64,000 nucleotides of DNA from Diplonema japonicum. Its lineage: Eukaryota > Protista > Euglenozoa: Diplonemea. The position numbers and the translations under genes were made by a program. How positions within the stretch are numbered: the first letter of the stretch is position 1; every line of letters begins with the position of its first letter. The notes under the pieces were generated by a model, which had not been told where the DNA came from, did no database searches, and saw nothing but the letters and a program-made list of their open reading frames with translations. Shown here one piece after another: positions 44,970 to 55,840 of this stretch. Location: positions 248,001 to 312,000 of the forward strand of contig OZ025666.1 of NCBI GenBank assembly GCA_964019335.1, read 5' to 3'.

Positions 44970-46310
44970 ATGAGTCGCTACTTTCGAAGCCTCCCGTTCC
45001 TGTGCTCCGTGGGGGTCCTTCTAGTGCTGTGTTTTTCTATAGAAAATCCGATTGAAAACCGGCGAATAATAAAACTATTAAGCTCGGGACCTGTAGCGTC
45101 CAGCTTTTTCGGGACGCATTGCGAGGCCCCGAAAGAAATGGAAGAAGGTGCCGCCGAAGGCGTTTTGGGTTTTTGCTTGAAAAGCCCAAGTCAAGCGGAG
45201 AAGGAAGGCATTCGAATATTGCTCCCCAAAGGTGACGAAATAGGACCCAGTGCAGCACCCATTCACAACCCCGACGATACGTTTTTATTGAAAAAGCTCG
45301 AACACCTGCTGGTAGAGGGGTGCCGTGACTACACGATTTCTTCCTGCGGAGCGCTTCAAGAGTACGGTTTCGGCGCGATGCTGAACGGGATGGTGAAGTC
45401 GGCCTCTCTCGCGGTTAGCAGCAACCAATCGTTTTACTACAGAGACCTTGAAGGTATATGGTCAGGCGGCGGCCCTGCAGCGAAAAAAAACCTCTTTCAA
45501 AAATTCTTCCCGAAATTGCCTTGCAGCTCCGCGTGCAGCCTCAACTCCACCATCTCAAACCACAGGACAATCTACTCCTGCAGAACAATTTCAAAACGCA
45601 AGAAGAAATGCAGTCACAGCTCCATCCCATACCCGATCAAAGACCTTCTCCCGCCAACCTGCTCGCCCCTGTGGTGGTCGGGTGGCGTCCTCCACCATCT
45701 CCTCAAAGGCCACAACATTTCCGTTCAAACAACCATGGCTCTCTTGAACATCACACCTGACTCCTACCCGATGCTAGGGGTTCATATTAGGCATGGTGAT
45801 TCTTGTAATGGGATCCTTCATAGGTCAGCAGGCCGGCAATGTGACGCAATTTCCGTGTATGTCCCTATGGTGAACTTCATGGTGAAGAGGTACGGGTACA
45901 AGTCTATCTTTGTTGCAACAGACAACAACGAGCTCAAGGATTTGTTGAAGAAAGGTGGTGTGGGTAAGGTGTTTACGGTGCCCGTTTTCACACCAGACTG
46001 GGAGGTCCCCGTGTTTCGCGACGCGTCCCGGAACCTCACTGCGATCGAACACGCGGCCCCTGGCTCGTTCGACCCCTTGGAAACCGGTTTGCAGTTCATC
46101 ACCGAAACCCTTCTCCTTGCTAAGTGTCAAGGGTTTGTCGGTAAGTTCACCTCGAACTTCTTCCGCAACGCCTATGCCCTTTCTTCTCACGACACCGTCT
46201 CCAAGGGAATATGCTTGAAACCCGTCATCTCACTGGATTCCCCTATGTGCATGGACTTCGCAGTTCGTGGCGGAACAAACTGCCAGACCGGCGAAAGGTT
46301 CTATTGTTAG
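44970..46310 (+). CDS. Type II membrane fucosyltransferase-like glycosyltransferase (FUT8/NodZ, GT23-like)
   Basis: N-terminal signal anchor; LGVHIRHGD, IFVATD and LAKCQGFVGKFTSNF motifs I-III. Confidence 0.82.
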   Translation: MSRYFRSLPFLCSVGVLLVLCFSIENPIENRRIIKLLSSGPVASSFFGTHCEAPKEMEEGAAEGVLGFCLKSPSQAEKEGIRILLPKGDEIGPSAAPIHNPDDTFLLKKLEHLLVEGCRDYTISSCGALQEYGFGAMLNGMVKSASLAVSSNQSFYYRDLEGIWSGGGPAAKKNLFQKFFPKLPCSSACSLNSTISNHRTIYSCRTISKRKKKCSHSSIPYPIKDLLPPTCSPLWWSGGVLHHLLKGHNISVQTTMALLNITPDSYPMLGVHIRHGDSCNGILHRSAGRQCDAISVYVPMVNFMVKRYGYKSIFVATDNNELKDLLKKGGVGKVFTVPVFTPDWEVPVFRDASRNLTAIEHAAPGSFDPLETGLQFITETLLLAKCQGFVGKFTSNFFRNAYALSSHDTVSKGICLKPVISLDSPMCMDFAVRGGTNCQTGERFYC

Positions 46311-46519
46311 TGCAACGGGCGCAACTACCTTTTCTCATTTACACATTTAGAGTGGCAATACTTTCTTTTTTTTTCTTCTTTTTGTTGGTTTGTTTTATAC
46401 GGGTTCTGGGAACAAAGTATACACACACACAGGCCCTGTAGGGGGAAAGGGGTTGTAGAGGGAAGTGGGGTGTTCTTTTAACAGACCACCTCCCCCACCC
46501 TTCACACCGTACTTATTAC

Positions 46520-49500
46520 ATGCATCTTAAGCTTATTCTTGTGTCGGCGGCACTGATAACAACAGCTGGGGGAGTGTGTCCATGTTTTCATGATTGCGGG
46601 GACGGGCGGTTCTACGAGAAAATGGAAGGGGGGTGCTTTAGGTACAACCATGCCGGGGAGGGGTGGGAAGAAGCACAGAGGGCATGCGGGCTAGATGGAG
46701 GAATGCTTGCTGAGAACGAACGGTTCCTGGAGCAGTACTCTGCACTGATTGACACGTGGGTGGGCGCACGCTACACCGCGGGAATGCGGTGGAACAGCAG
46801 CGGTGCGCTTGTCAGCAGCGCCTTTAACCCTACTGGGGGAAAAGATCTTGACTGCGGGTTTCTACTCCAGGGCACTGTGTACCCTTGGAGCGACTGTACT
46901 GATCCCCTCGCCTTTCTTTGTGAAAAGCGGCAGATCCAATTCACGCCGATGGCTCACACCTTTACCGCCGCGGGCGGGCAAGGGCCTTCCTTTGGCAGCT
47001 CCAACCCGAACATCACAATCTCCACAACAACCACACCAACACCACGGCTGCTTTATAAGCTGTCGCAGGACTCGACGTGCCCGCCGCAGCAAGCTTCGTC
47101 TTTAACTGAAGCTGACGGCACCGACATGCTGCGCCTCCCAAAGCTCTCTGTAGGTGTGACGTACACCCTGTGCTGGTATGGTCCTGTGATAGTAGAAGGC
47201 CTTGGCACTGTAGAGATGGAAGCAGCTCCTATCACCGTTACGACACAGCCCCTCCCTACGCTCGATGATGCCACCCATGCCATCCCCGTAGGTGTCCTGC
47301 CCGCCTCTGTGACGTTTGAGGGTTCGAACCTCATGAAGGACGCGATGGTCGCCTTGTTCACTGGCACCAACTGCGACGGGACTCTAATCGCAACCTCCGA
47401 CACACCGCAGCTAACTATTCCCGACGGGACATCCGCTGGCACCTACTACTGCTGCGTAGCTGCGTGGGGGGGCCTCGATGACACAGGGTTTGTGCCCACG
47501 TACACCCCCACGTCTGCTGTTGTCACTGTCATTCCGGAGCCTGTCTTCACAGCAGCTAACATGTACGTGCCTTTGGCCGTTGGATTGAGCGGAGGGGTTC
47601 TGACGCTGACTGGCAGCAACGTCGCACAGAAATACATCTGGGTCTCCTTGCGGCCAGTCCCCACATGCGGGGGATCGTACCCGACTGTTGTGCTGAGTAA
47701 CGAAGGCACTTTCGGGATACCCACGGATGGCTCTGTTTTAACTGGGATGCCTCTCTACGTGTGTTACACGACGTCGCAGTCGAACACCGCGCACAGTGAT
47801 GTGTTCCAGTCGACAGGCGTGACAGTGACCATCACACCTGAACCCGTCATCACGCTTTCTGATGATGAAGTGATGGCTTCGTATGCTGAAGGGCTTGTGG
47901 GGCCTGCCGTCACAATCAACGGGCGAAACCTTGTGACTCGAGAGTCATCGTCCATGCTATATGCCCTCACGGGGATCGACAGGAAGTGCACAGCTAATGT
48001 TTCTGTTGGCTCAGAATTGACATCTACCAGCCTGTCTGCGTCGGGGCGTGTGGCGTTGGGTCTCACCGGAGAGTACTACGTGTGTGTAGGGAGTATGCCC
48101 TCCCAAAGCTCAGAGCCGCTGCAAGTGTTCGAGACAGGCCTTCGGGTGTCTATCTACCCTCCACCTTCCTTTGAGGAAGCTACTTTGTGGACCTCCAGCC
48201 AACCAGCAGGTCTTCCTGCTGGCAACTACACTGACCGCCCTAGCGGCATGCACTACGCTCTGGCTACTGCCCAAGACTGCTCATCACCTGAGTACATTTC
48301 CACCAATGGTGCACTCCCATCTGTCCCTGAGCCTGACACCCTTACGCAACTGACTCTGTGTTGGACAGTCAGCAGCACACCCGCTGTCTGGAACACGACA
48401 CTGGTGACGTACATGTATCTACCCGTGCCGACAGTGCTCCCTCAGCCGTCTGTAGTGACCGTGCCTGATGAGGTGTACTTTGGCACGAAGCTGCAGGTCT
48501 CTGGGAAGTATTTCCGGAGCGTCACGGTAAGATATGTAGAAGAGAGCTCCAGCTGTTTGGTTTCGAACAGTTTCAAAAATGTGCAAGAGGAGTGCAGACC
48601 GTACTGTGACCAGTTTGACTCGCTCATCCCTGCAGGGCTGGCGGCGGCAAGCTCTTACAGGGTGTGTGTGGGCAGCGAGGACACGGGCATTGTTGTGCGT
48701 GTGACGCCGTTCCCTACAATCGAGGCAGAATTCCACACCGTCGGTTTAGGGGAGTACCACAAGGGGTTCACAGTACCTGTAACGGGGGAAAATATTTTGT
48801 TTGCGTTTGTCAAGTTCGTGACGGACGACTGTCAGCGGGATGGCGAGGTGGCTGTCCTCTCAACGGTGGTTCGCTTCAACGAGACAGACCAGAGGCTAGC
48901 GCCAGGCACACGATACATCATGTGCATTGCTACAGGAAGAGCTGATGTTCCCGAGTCTATCTGGGTTAGTTCTGGAGTGCTGTTGGAAGTGAAGGGCATC
49001 CCAGTGTTCAATAGCACAGTATTTGCGCCGCAGCCAGATGAGATATGGGGCAGCAGCAACGCGGTAACAGCAAGCTTAACGGGCACACACATAAACCAAC
49101 TGTTGTGGTTCGCATATTGCAAAAGCAGTTCCGATCCTTGTGCCAACTGCACTGACGTGCAGCAGTCGTCTTCCGGCAGCGTGGTGTTACCGACAGATGT
49201 GGTCTCCACAACAGTTGCAGAGGTGCTGCACATCTGCTGGGCTCCTGTGGACGATGCCGCCCTTGCTGCCACTTCAGCAACGCTTGCGTCTCCTGTAGCG
49301 AATCCTTTTCCTCCTCAGGACATCAGTCTAACGTACGGTGAGTCCCTCAAAGGCGTGCAGATGACGCCAGCCATCAATGTTGCAGGACTTCACGCCGCAT
49401 TCAGTAGCACCAAGGGCACCACGCTCTGGAAGCCCCTCAATAGTGGCAAATACAGTGGTGAGCTACCAGCTAGCCAGGCCGGCGTTTACCACACACTGCT

Positions 49501-52015
49501 CCTTAGCTATAGCAGCAGCCCTTCCACTTCCTCAGCTGTGATCTTAACCACAGGTGTAGGTGTGACATGGATGGGTCCTCCTACGTTCACCCCACAAGCA
49601 CTCCAGGTGTCTCTAGCTCAGCTTGTTTCAGGCACTGCAGCTATGGATTTCGAAGGCAGTTTCATAAGCAGGGGTGTGTATGTCAGGATAGGCTGTGGTG
49701 GCAGCCCTTCCCCGTTGGGTCTCCCTGCTGTGCCGATCGAAGATGATTCTGCTGCTCTACCTATGCCTGTGTTGGGTGTGTTCGCTGGTGGAGTCTTCGA
49801 CATATGCTGGGCGCCCTATGATCCTGTTTTGAGTGCACCTGACTGGACGGCGGGAGGTGAAACGGGTGTCACCGTTGCACTGCAAGCTGTACCAGTGTTT
49901 GGCAATGCGAAGATCACTATCTCGCGACACGAGCTGCTTTCTGCTACACCTGTCACACCCAGCCTCAGTGGGAGTGGGTTGACAACGCCGTTGGCTGTGC
50001 ACGTCTGCAGCAAGGCCAGCGTCTCGTATGCGTTCACTGCTGTGAATGCCACGTACGGCACCTTTACGGTGAGCAACGCGCAGGACCTGTTCGATGAGCC
50101 CGTGACGAACGCACCACTGTGCTGGTCCCTTGTAGGTGCTGACACGGTGTATGATATAGCGGGTGGGAGCATGAGCACAATGGGCGTGCCTGGTTTCAGG
50201 GCTGTTAGCGACACTGTTACTGTGCGCAACGTGGTGGCGGGATACCCTCTGCTTGTCCTGCAGGGTGTTGTAGATGACGACCTGTTCTTTGAGATAAGGA
50301 GCGGATCGTGCACAGGCGTTAAAGTTCTGAACGGGACGCACCAAGATCTCCTCCTTACGGAGGATGTGGACCTCCACGACGCCACCACTTTGGCTGCTTG
50401 CTGGAGTGTCGTAGACACTGATGGTACAGTTCTCACTGGCCCCTTTGCAGTATCAAACTGGGAAGTTACTCTTGAAGGTTTTCCTATCGTGACTGCCATC
50501 AACGATGCGTCCCTCCCTCTGTCCGATCCTTTCACCATCACTAACAATGTTGTCATCAACATCAAAGGCACCAACCTTGACAATGCCTTCTTCGCGGTTG
50601 CCACATCTTGCAACACTGTTGTGCAGCCCACCTCTTTCCCTATCGACCTGCGCGGGTTGAGTGGCGTGTACTCGCTCTGCATCTCGATATCAGGCTCTGT
50701 TGGCACTTTCAACCAGCTTGTTGTTTTGGACATACTTGTGCCAACAACAGCTGCCCCAACAGACGCCCCAGCAACGCCGTTTCCCGACACAGAGGCGCCT
50801 GCAACATCCGCTCCGCCAACTCTGACGCCTACAGACACACCGCCTGGTGTTACTAAGGCACCTGATACAGATGCACCTGACACGGACGCTCCGAAAACAC
50901 CGTCACCGGATACCAGGGCCCCAGACACGGATGCACCTGACACACAGGCACCCGACACCCTAGCTCCTGACACAGACGCCCCATACACAGACGCCCCAGA
51001 CACGATGGAGCCGATGTCTAACGCGCCTAATGCCACAAACCCCCCAGACACTGATGCTCCTGATACCGATGCTCCTGACACTGATGCCCCAGACACCGAT
51101 GCCCCCGATACGGACGCACCAGACACTAACCCACCTTACACAGATGCACCTGACACCGATGTCCCTGAGACAGATGCTCCGGATACGGATGCGCCTGACA
51201 CTAATGTGACAGCACCGGGGGACACCATGTCGCCGATGACGGACGCTCCTGCGACAGACACACCCAGCCCTGATACGGAGACACCGTGCAAGAGCTTGGC
51301 GGCGCTGGGAGAGGTTTCTGCATATGAATGCTTTGGCTCGTTGAATGAGGCGGGGAGGCTTGTAGGGTGTCTGCGGACAGGGGGCGTCAACACAGGATGC
51401 CTGGCGACATATGATAGGTGTGTGGAGAACCTCGTAGGGGAGTGCCCACCGAAGGGGGTGGCGTACAAAGAGAAGTCACAACCGCTGAGCGTTCTGTTAG
51501 GCCTGGACAACGATGACTTCCAACTGGCGGTGCATGGCGGACTATTCACAGCGGCAGTGGCGGCAGAGATGAGGATTGTGCCGTGGCTTGTAAATGTGAC
51601 ACGGGTGGAGCAGGGGTCGGTACTGGTGACATTTGAGGTCAGCGGTCCTGGGGCAGACGTGGCGAAGGATGAACTGCAGAAGAAGCTTGATGCAGGAGTG
51701 AACCCCTTCACAGCATACAGCTGGCAGATCCTCTCAAGCAACAACACGAACAGTACTGCACCTGCAGATCATTCTTCGGGTGAAGAGGTTCCCGTGATCC
51801 TCTTAATACTGTGTGCTGTGGCCTTCATGATTTGCTTGATTCTTCTTGTATGCATCACAATGACAAAGACTTACATGCCACTCCCGCCCATCCCCCCCGA
51901 ACTCGCCATGGAAGAGGGTCGAACCACCATAGCTGACTTAGTGTCCTCGCCCTCCCCGACCGCATCTCAGCCGCAAGCTTCGAAGCCCCTACCCCACCCT
52001 CCTGCTTCACCTTAG
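46520..52015 (+). CDS. Large type I surface protein: C-type lectin domain, repeated beta-rich modules, TDAP mucin-like stalk, TM helix, Pro-rich tail
   Basis: Signal peptide; CFRY..WEEAQRAC..GGMLA, TWVG, WSDC...FLCEK (CTLD); recurring Y.VC/LCW modules; TM VILLILCAVAFMICLILLVCI. Confidence 0.8.
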   Translation: MHLKLILVSAALITTAGGVCPCFHDCGDGRFYEKMEGGCFRYNHAGEGWEEAQRACGLDGGMLAENERFLEQYSALIDTWVGARYTAGMRWNSSGALVSSAFNPTGGKDLDCGFLLQGTVYPWSDCTDPLAFLCEKRQIQFTPMAHTFTAAGGQGPSFGSSNPNITISTTTTPTPRLLYKLSQDSTCPPQQASSLTEADGTDMLRLPKLSVGVTYTLCWYGPVIVEGLGTVEMEAAPITVTTQPLPTLDDATHAIPVGVLPASVTFEGSNLMKDAMVALFTGTNCDGTLIATSDTPQLTIPDGTSAGTYYCCVAAWGGLDDTGFVPTYTPTSAVVTVIPEPVFTAANMYVPLAVGLSGGVLTLTGSNVAQKYIWVSLRPVPTCGGSYPTVVLSNEGTFGIPTDGSVLTGMPLYVCYTTSQSNTAHSDVFQSTGVTVTITPEPVITLSDDEVMASYAEGLVGPAVTINGRNLVTRESSSMLYALTGIDRKCTANVSVGSELTSTSLSASGRVALGLTGEYYVCVGSMPSQSSEPLQVFETGLRVSIYPPPSFEEATLWTSSQPAGLPAGNYTDRPSGMHYALATAQDCSSPEYISTNGALPSVPEPDTLTQLTLCWTVSSTPAVWNTTLVTYMYLPVPTVLPQPSVVTVPDEVYFGTKLQVSGKYFRSVTVRYVEESSSCLVSNSFKNVQEECRPYCDQFDSLIPAGLAAASSYRVCVGSEDTGIVVRVTPFPTIEAEFHTVGLGEYHKGFTVPVTGENILFAFVKFVTDDCQRDGEVAVLSTVVRFNETDQRLAPGTRYIMCIATGRADVPESIWVSSGVLLEVKGIPVFNSTVFAPQPDEIWGSSNAVTASLTGTHINQLLWFAYCKSSSDPCANCTDVQQSSSGSVVLPTDVVSTTVAEVLHICWAPVDDAALAATSATLASPVANPFPPQDISLTYGESLKGVQMTPAINVAGLHAAFSSTKGTTLWKPLNSGKYSGELPASQAGVYHTLLLSYSSSPSTSSAVILTTGVGVTWMGPPTFTPQALQVSLAQLVSGTAAMDFEGSFISRGVYVRIGCGGSPSPLGLPAVPIEDDSAALPMPVLGVFAGGVFDICWAPYDPVLSAPDWTAGGETGVTVALQAVPVFGNAKITISRHELLSATPVTPSLSGSGLTTPLAVHVCSKASVSYAFTAVNATYGTFTVSNAQDLFDEPVTNAPLCWSLVGADTVYDIAGGSMSTMGVPGFRAVSDTVTVRNVVAGYPLLVLQGVVDDDLFFEIRSGSCTGVKVLNGTHQDLLLTEDVDLHDATTLAACWSVVDTDGTVLTGPFAVSNWEVTLEGFPIVTAINDASLPLSDPFTITNNVVINIKGTNLDNAFFAVATSCNTVVQPTSFPIDLRGLSGVYSLCISISGSVGTFNQLVVLDILVPTTAAPTDAPATPFPDTEAPATSAPPTLTPTDTPPGVTKAPDTDAPDTDAPKTPSPDTRAPDTDAPDTQAPDTLAPDTDAPYTDAPDTMEPMSNAPNATNPPDTDAPDTDAPDTDAPDTDAPDTDAPDTNPPYTDAPDTDVPETDAPDTDAPDTNVTAPGDTMSPMTDAPATDTPSPDTETPCKSLAALGEVSAYECFGSLNEAGRLVGCLRTGGVNTGCLATYDRCVENLVGECPPKGVAYKEKSQPLSVLLGLDNDDFQLAVHGGLFTAAVAAEMRIVPWLVNVTRVEQGSVLVTFEVSGPGADVAKDELQKKLDAGVNPFTAYSWQILSSNNTNSTAPADHSSGEEVPVILLILCAVAFMICLILLVCITMTKTYMPLPPIPPELAMEEGRTTIADLVSSPSPTASQPQASKPLPHPPASP
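50743..51283 (+). repeat. Coding 15-bp (PDTDA) degenerate tandem repeat
   Basis: Many PDTDA/PxTxA pentapeptides with synonymous divergence between units. Confidence 0.9.
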
Positions 52016-52467
52016 AATTTAGAATTTAGAGAACCCATCCCCTTTTCTCATTCTCTCCAAAGAGAAATTGCAGCTTTAGCTACTATATTATTCCCGTTTT
52101 TTTACGTAGAGTTTTTGTCCTTTTTAAAAACTATTCTGGTGCTGTTTGTTGTGCAGGACTGCAAGAAGATTGCAGGAAAGAAGAAAAAGCTGCCCCTCCC
52201 CAGAAGGGAGGTAGGCACGGGTCGTTGCTCACCCACTTCGTTTCCCTATGTAATTTTCTTTTTCTTTTTTTCTTTTTTCGTTAGCCCCCATCGCCTCTTC
52301 CCTTCCCATTTTTCTTCTTCTTTTTTCTTTTTGCCCTTCTAGATTTGGCTAGAGTTATTATTCCTTGTTCTCTTTTTATACCCTGCTACGACGGACATGG
52401 ATTTGTTTGGAAATCCAAAAAAAAAAAAAAAAAAACGATTTTCATTTTAACAAAGATTACTAGTATG

Positions 52468-54298
52468 ACATCCCGCGGTGCCTGTCGGCATTTCGTGCTT
52501 GAGAGTGTACGTATGGGATGGGAGAGGGAGGGCCTGAAATACACACGAGATACCAGAAACACTCCACGGTTGCCCTCTTCCCTTAAGTGGAGGTGATGAC
52601 CACCAGACCCCTGGTTAGAATGTTGTGCATTTTTAGGTTTCATGTTGTCACACGCGCATGATGATCAGAGAATACAATCCAATGACTGCTGTTTCCATGA
52701 GAAGCCATCTTCGGTGACATTAATTGTTTCTTTAAATTCTAAAACTGACATAGTTGAGGGTTTTTTCACGTTGGCCAGGGTATGAGGACCAAGCAGTGGA
52801 ACGCGCCTGTGATGAGAACAACGACATCAACACTCTCGTTCTTCTGATTTTAGTTATGAAGACAGATGTTCCGTTCATGCTTCTGCAATGCTGAGGATAT
52901 GTGACAATGATCTTTTTCCCAAATACCAGAAACACTCCACGGTTGCCCTCTTCCCTTAAGTGGAGGTGATGACCACCAGACCCCTGGTTAGAAGTGAACA
53001 ATGAGTAGTGAGAAGCAGATTTAAGGCATGATGACAAACCATGTTTAGTGTAGTGCGCATCTGACACCCCTCTTGCAGGTGGTGGTTGAGAATACATACA
53101 TCGGTCTAGACTCGTTTATGACTGACCTTTCCCTGCTTTGTTTTATTTGGCCAAACATGTCGAGAAGCATCCTTTCCTTCACGTTGTTTCCCAGTTAGTG
53201 AAAAGAAGCGGAAAGAGGGAGGCTGAGATGGAGCATGCAGCCGAAGCACTGTGGTCTGTCATCTGTGGCTTCGGAATGATGAGAAACTCCGTCCTTTCCC
53301 TTTCTCGCTTTTTAACTCTCCACAAAACAAGAATAACCCACCCCCCGCATTTAAGGCAAGGGAATGAAGCATTTAGTCTTGTTTATCCCTAGTCATTGTG
53401 GGGTAGATCCGCAAGCACATCAAGACCGAGAATATAATACCGGAAACACTCCACGGTTGCCCTCTTCCCTTAAGTGGAGGTGATGACCACCAGACCCCTG
53501 GTTAGATGTTTTCCCCATGTGGGCACAGAAAGACAGAAGCATCCCATTCCTTCACGTTGTTTCCCAGTTAGTGAAAAGAAGCGGAAAGAGGGAGGCTGAG
53601 ACAGCTGACTGAATGTACAGCATAGTTCGTTTGATTTCTTTCCTTCGGAATGATGAGAAACAAAATTCATAGATCTCGTTCGTCTGAGCAGACTTCCATT
53701 TTTTTGGAGGGCTGCGTGTGACTGATTAGAATTTTCGGCCTTCAAGCTGACCTTATTTTTGCTGCCCCTCTCACTCTGTTGGCTGCAGGCCTTCACACCC
53801 TGTGATGAGAACAACGACATCAACACTCTCGTTCTTCTGATTTTAGTTATGAAGACAGATGTTCCGTTCATGCTTCTGCAATGCTGAGGATATGCGACAT
53901 AAATAAAATAAAGTTCTTTTTCCAAATACCAGAAACACTCCACGGTTGCCCTCTTCCCTTAAGTGGAGGTGATGACCACCAGACCCCTGGTTAGAGGTGA
54001 ACGAGATATCGAGAGTCATCAGGGACTTGTGGCATGATGACAAACCATGTTTAGTGTAGTGCGCATCTGACACCCCTCTTGCAGGTGGTGGTTGAGAATA
54101 CATACATCGGTCTAGACTCGTTTATCAACTGACCTTTCCAGGAGTTTCCCGCCTGCTTTATACTTTTTCAAGCTGTGTCCTAGCCCCCATACTCCCACCG
54201 CTCCGCATGATGATCAGAGAATACAATCCAATGACTGCTGTTTCCATGAGAAGCCATCTTCGGTGACATAAATTGTTTCTTAAAAATTTCAAAACTGA
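52468..54298 (+). ncRNA. snoRNA cluster C (intergenic): HA5', HA1, CD7, CD3, HA1, CD1, HA2, CD2-stub, HA3, HA1, HA2, CD2, CD3, HA1, CD1, CD7
   Basis: Same modules as clusters A and B; 53437-54125 is nearly identical to 26777-27465. Confidence 0.9.
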
Positions 54299-54482
54299 CA
54301 AACTGTGGTTTTCCATGTTTTCTTCAAAGAGTCTTCAGCTGAAGTCATTATTTTCTTTTGCACTCCCATTCTCATTCGTTTCAAAGGCCCTGTCCTGTGT
54401 TAGATTACAGCTGCTTTGTCTTCGAACCTCTTCCACACAGCACAATCTTCCTTTCTTCTTATTCTTCTCCTTCTTCAAGAAA

Positions 54483-55358
54483 ATGACGCGTTCCACTATG
54501 ATGCTCGCGATGCTGCCTGTTGTGGCGTCTCTGCAGATGGAGATGAGCTGCCTGATGGACGTGGGGATGGGGGCTTACGGGCTGATCGACGCTGGTCTGG
54601 GGATCAACAGCGCTGTGTCCTCGTGCGGGGATGCGGGGAAGAAGGGGCAGTGCACCGCGGACATCGGGAAGGTGGTGTCTGGTCTGGGGAGCACGAGCGC
54701 GTACATCTCGATGGCGGTGGGGGACTGCGGGGGCGAGGGGAACCAGTGCGCGGTGGACGTGTCGCAGGCGGTGTCGTCCCTCGGGAAGGCTGTGCAGGAT
54801 GCGGGGAAGGCTGAGCAGTCGTGCAGGCAGAACGCGTCGAGGGCCCTGTGCGCGTCGGATGTGCTGGCGGCTGGGTCGAAGGTGGCGCTCGCGGCGAGCC
54901 AGGTGCAGGCGGCGAAGGGGAGCTGCGCGACCGTGGCGGAGAAGAAGGTGGCGGATTTGAAGAACTTCAACATGAACTGCATCATGGACGTGGCGATGGC
55001 CGCCTTCGGGCTGGTGAACGGGGGCCTCGCCGTGAACGCGGCGGTGGCGGACTGCGGGGCGGAGGGGAGCTCCGGGGCCTGCGCTGAGGACATCGGGAAG
55101 ATGGTGTCTGGGCTGGGGTCCGCGAGCGCGCAGATCAGCGCGGCTGTCGGGGACTGCGGCGGGGCGACGCAGCAGTGCTCCGTCGACGTGTCGAAGGCGG
55201 TGGCCTCCTTCGGGAAGGCGACCGAGGAGGCAGGGAAGGCGGCACAGGTCTGCGGCGACAAGACCCAGTCCGCCCTCTGCGTCTCCTACCTCCTCGCCTC
55301 CGGCTCAGGCATCTCCCTCGCCGTCAGCGACATCCAGGCGGCCTCCAAGTCTTGCTAG
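54483..55358 (+). CDS. Secreted Cys/Ala/Gly-rich protein with two ~130-aa tandem repeats
   Basis: Signal peptide MTRSTMMLAMLPVVAS; repeats M.C.MDV.M...GL...GL..N.AV..CG with conserved cysteines; very GC-rich. Confidence 0.75.
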   Translation: MTRSTMMLAMLPVVASLQMEMSCLMDVGMGAYGLIDAGLGINSAVSSCGDAGKKGQCTADIGKVVSGLGSTSAYISMAVGDCGGEGNQCAVDVSQAVSSLGKAVQDAGKAEQSCRQNASRALCASDVLAAGSKVALAASQVQAAKGSCATVAEKKVADLKNFNMNCIMDVAMAAFGLVNGGLAVNAAVADCGAEGSSGACAEDIGKMVSGLGSASAQISAAVGDCGGATQQCSVDVSKAVASFGKATEEAGKAAQVCGDKTQSALCVSYLLASGSGISLAVSDIQAASKSC

Positions 55359-55840
55359 GCTTAGCTCGAAAACAGAGATCTATTCTCTATTCACTTTCAT
55401 TTCTTCTTCTTGCTACAGATAGCCTCCCATACTAAAAGGTATTACAGTGGCAAAACAGCAATGTGTTTTTTTTTTTTTCGATCAAGAGATAGATTGAGAC
55501 TCTTCAGGCGTCCTGCCACATACCGCAGGTACCCTTAAATGTCTCTTTTTTTTTTTTTTTTTCCCTTAAAATTCGACGTGGCATGTGGAGCCTTGTGGTT
55601 CTTTTTATGCTCCTGCACTTCCCTCCCTCCCTTCCTCCCTTCCTGGATGCTTATCTCCGACAGAGGAGGTCCTTTCAATACCCGTCCTCTGCTCTTGCTC
55701 ACCTATTTGAGATGCAGCATGTCTGCTTTTTCGAGCGAAAAAAAAAAAAAAAAAAAAAAAAAACATGTTATTTTAATTAATTTCCCCTTTCGATTCCTTC
55801 TTCTTCTTCTTTTTTTTTTTTATCCACACAAGAGGAGAGG

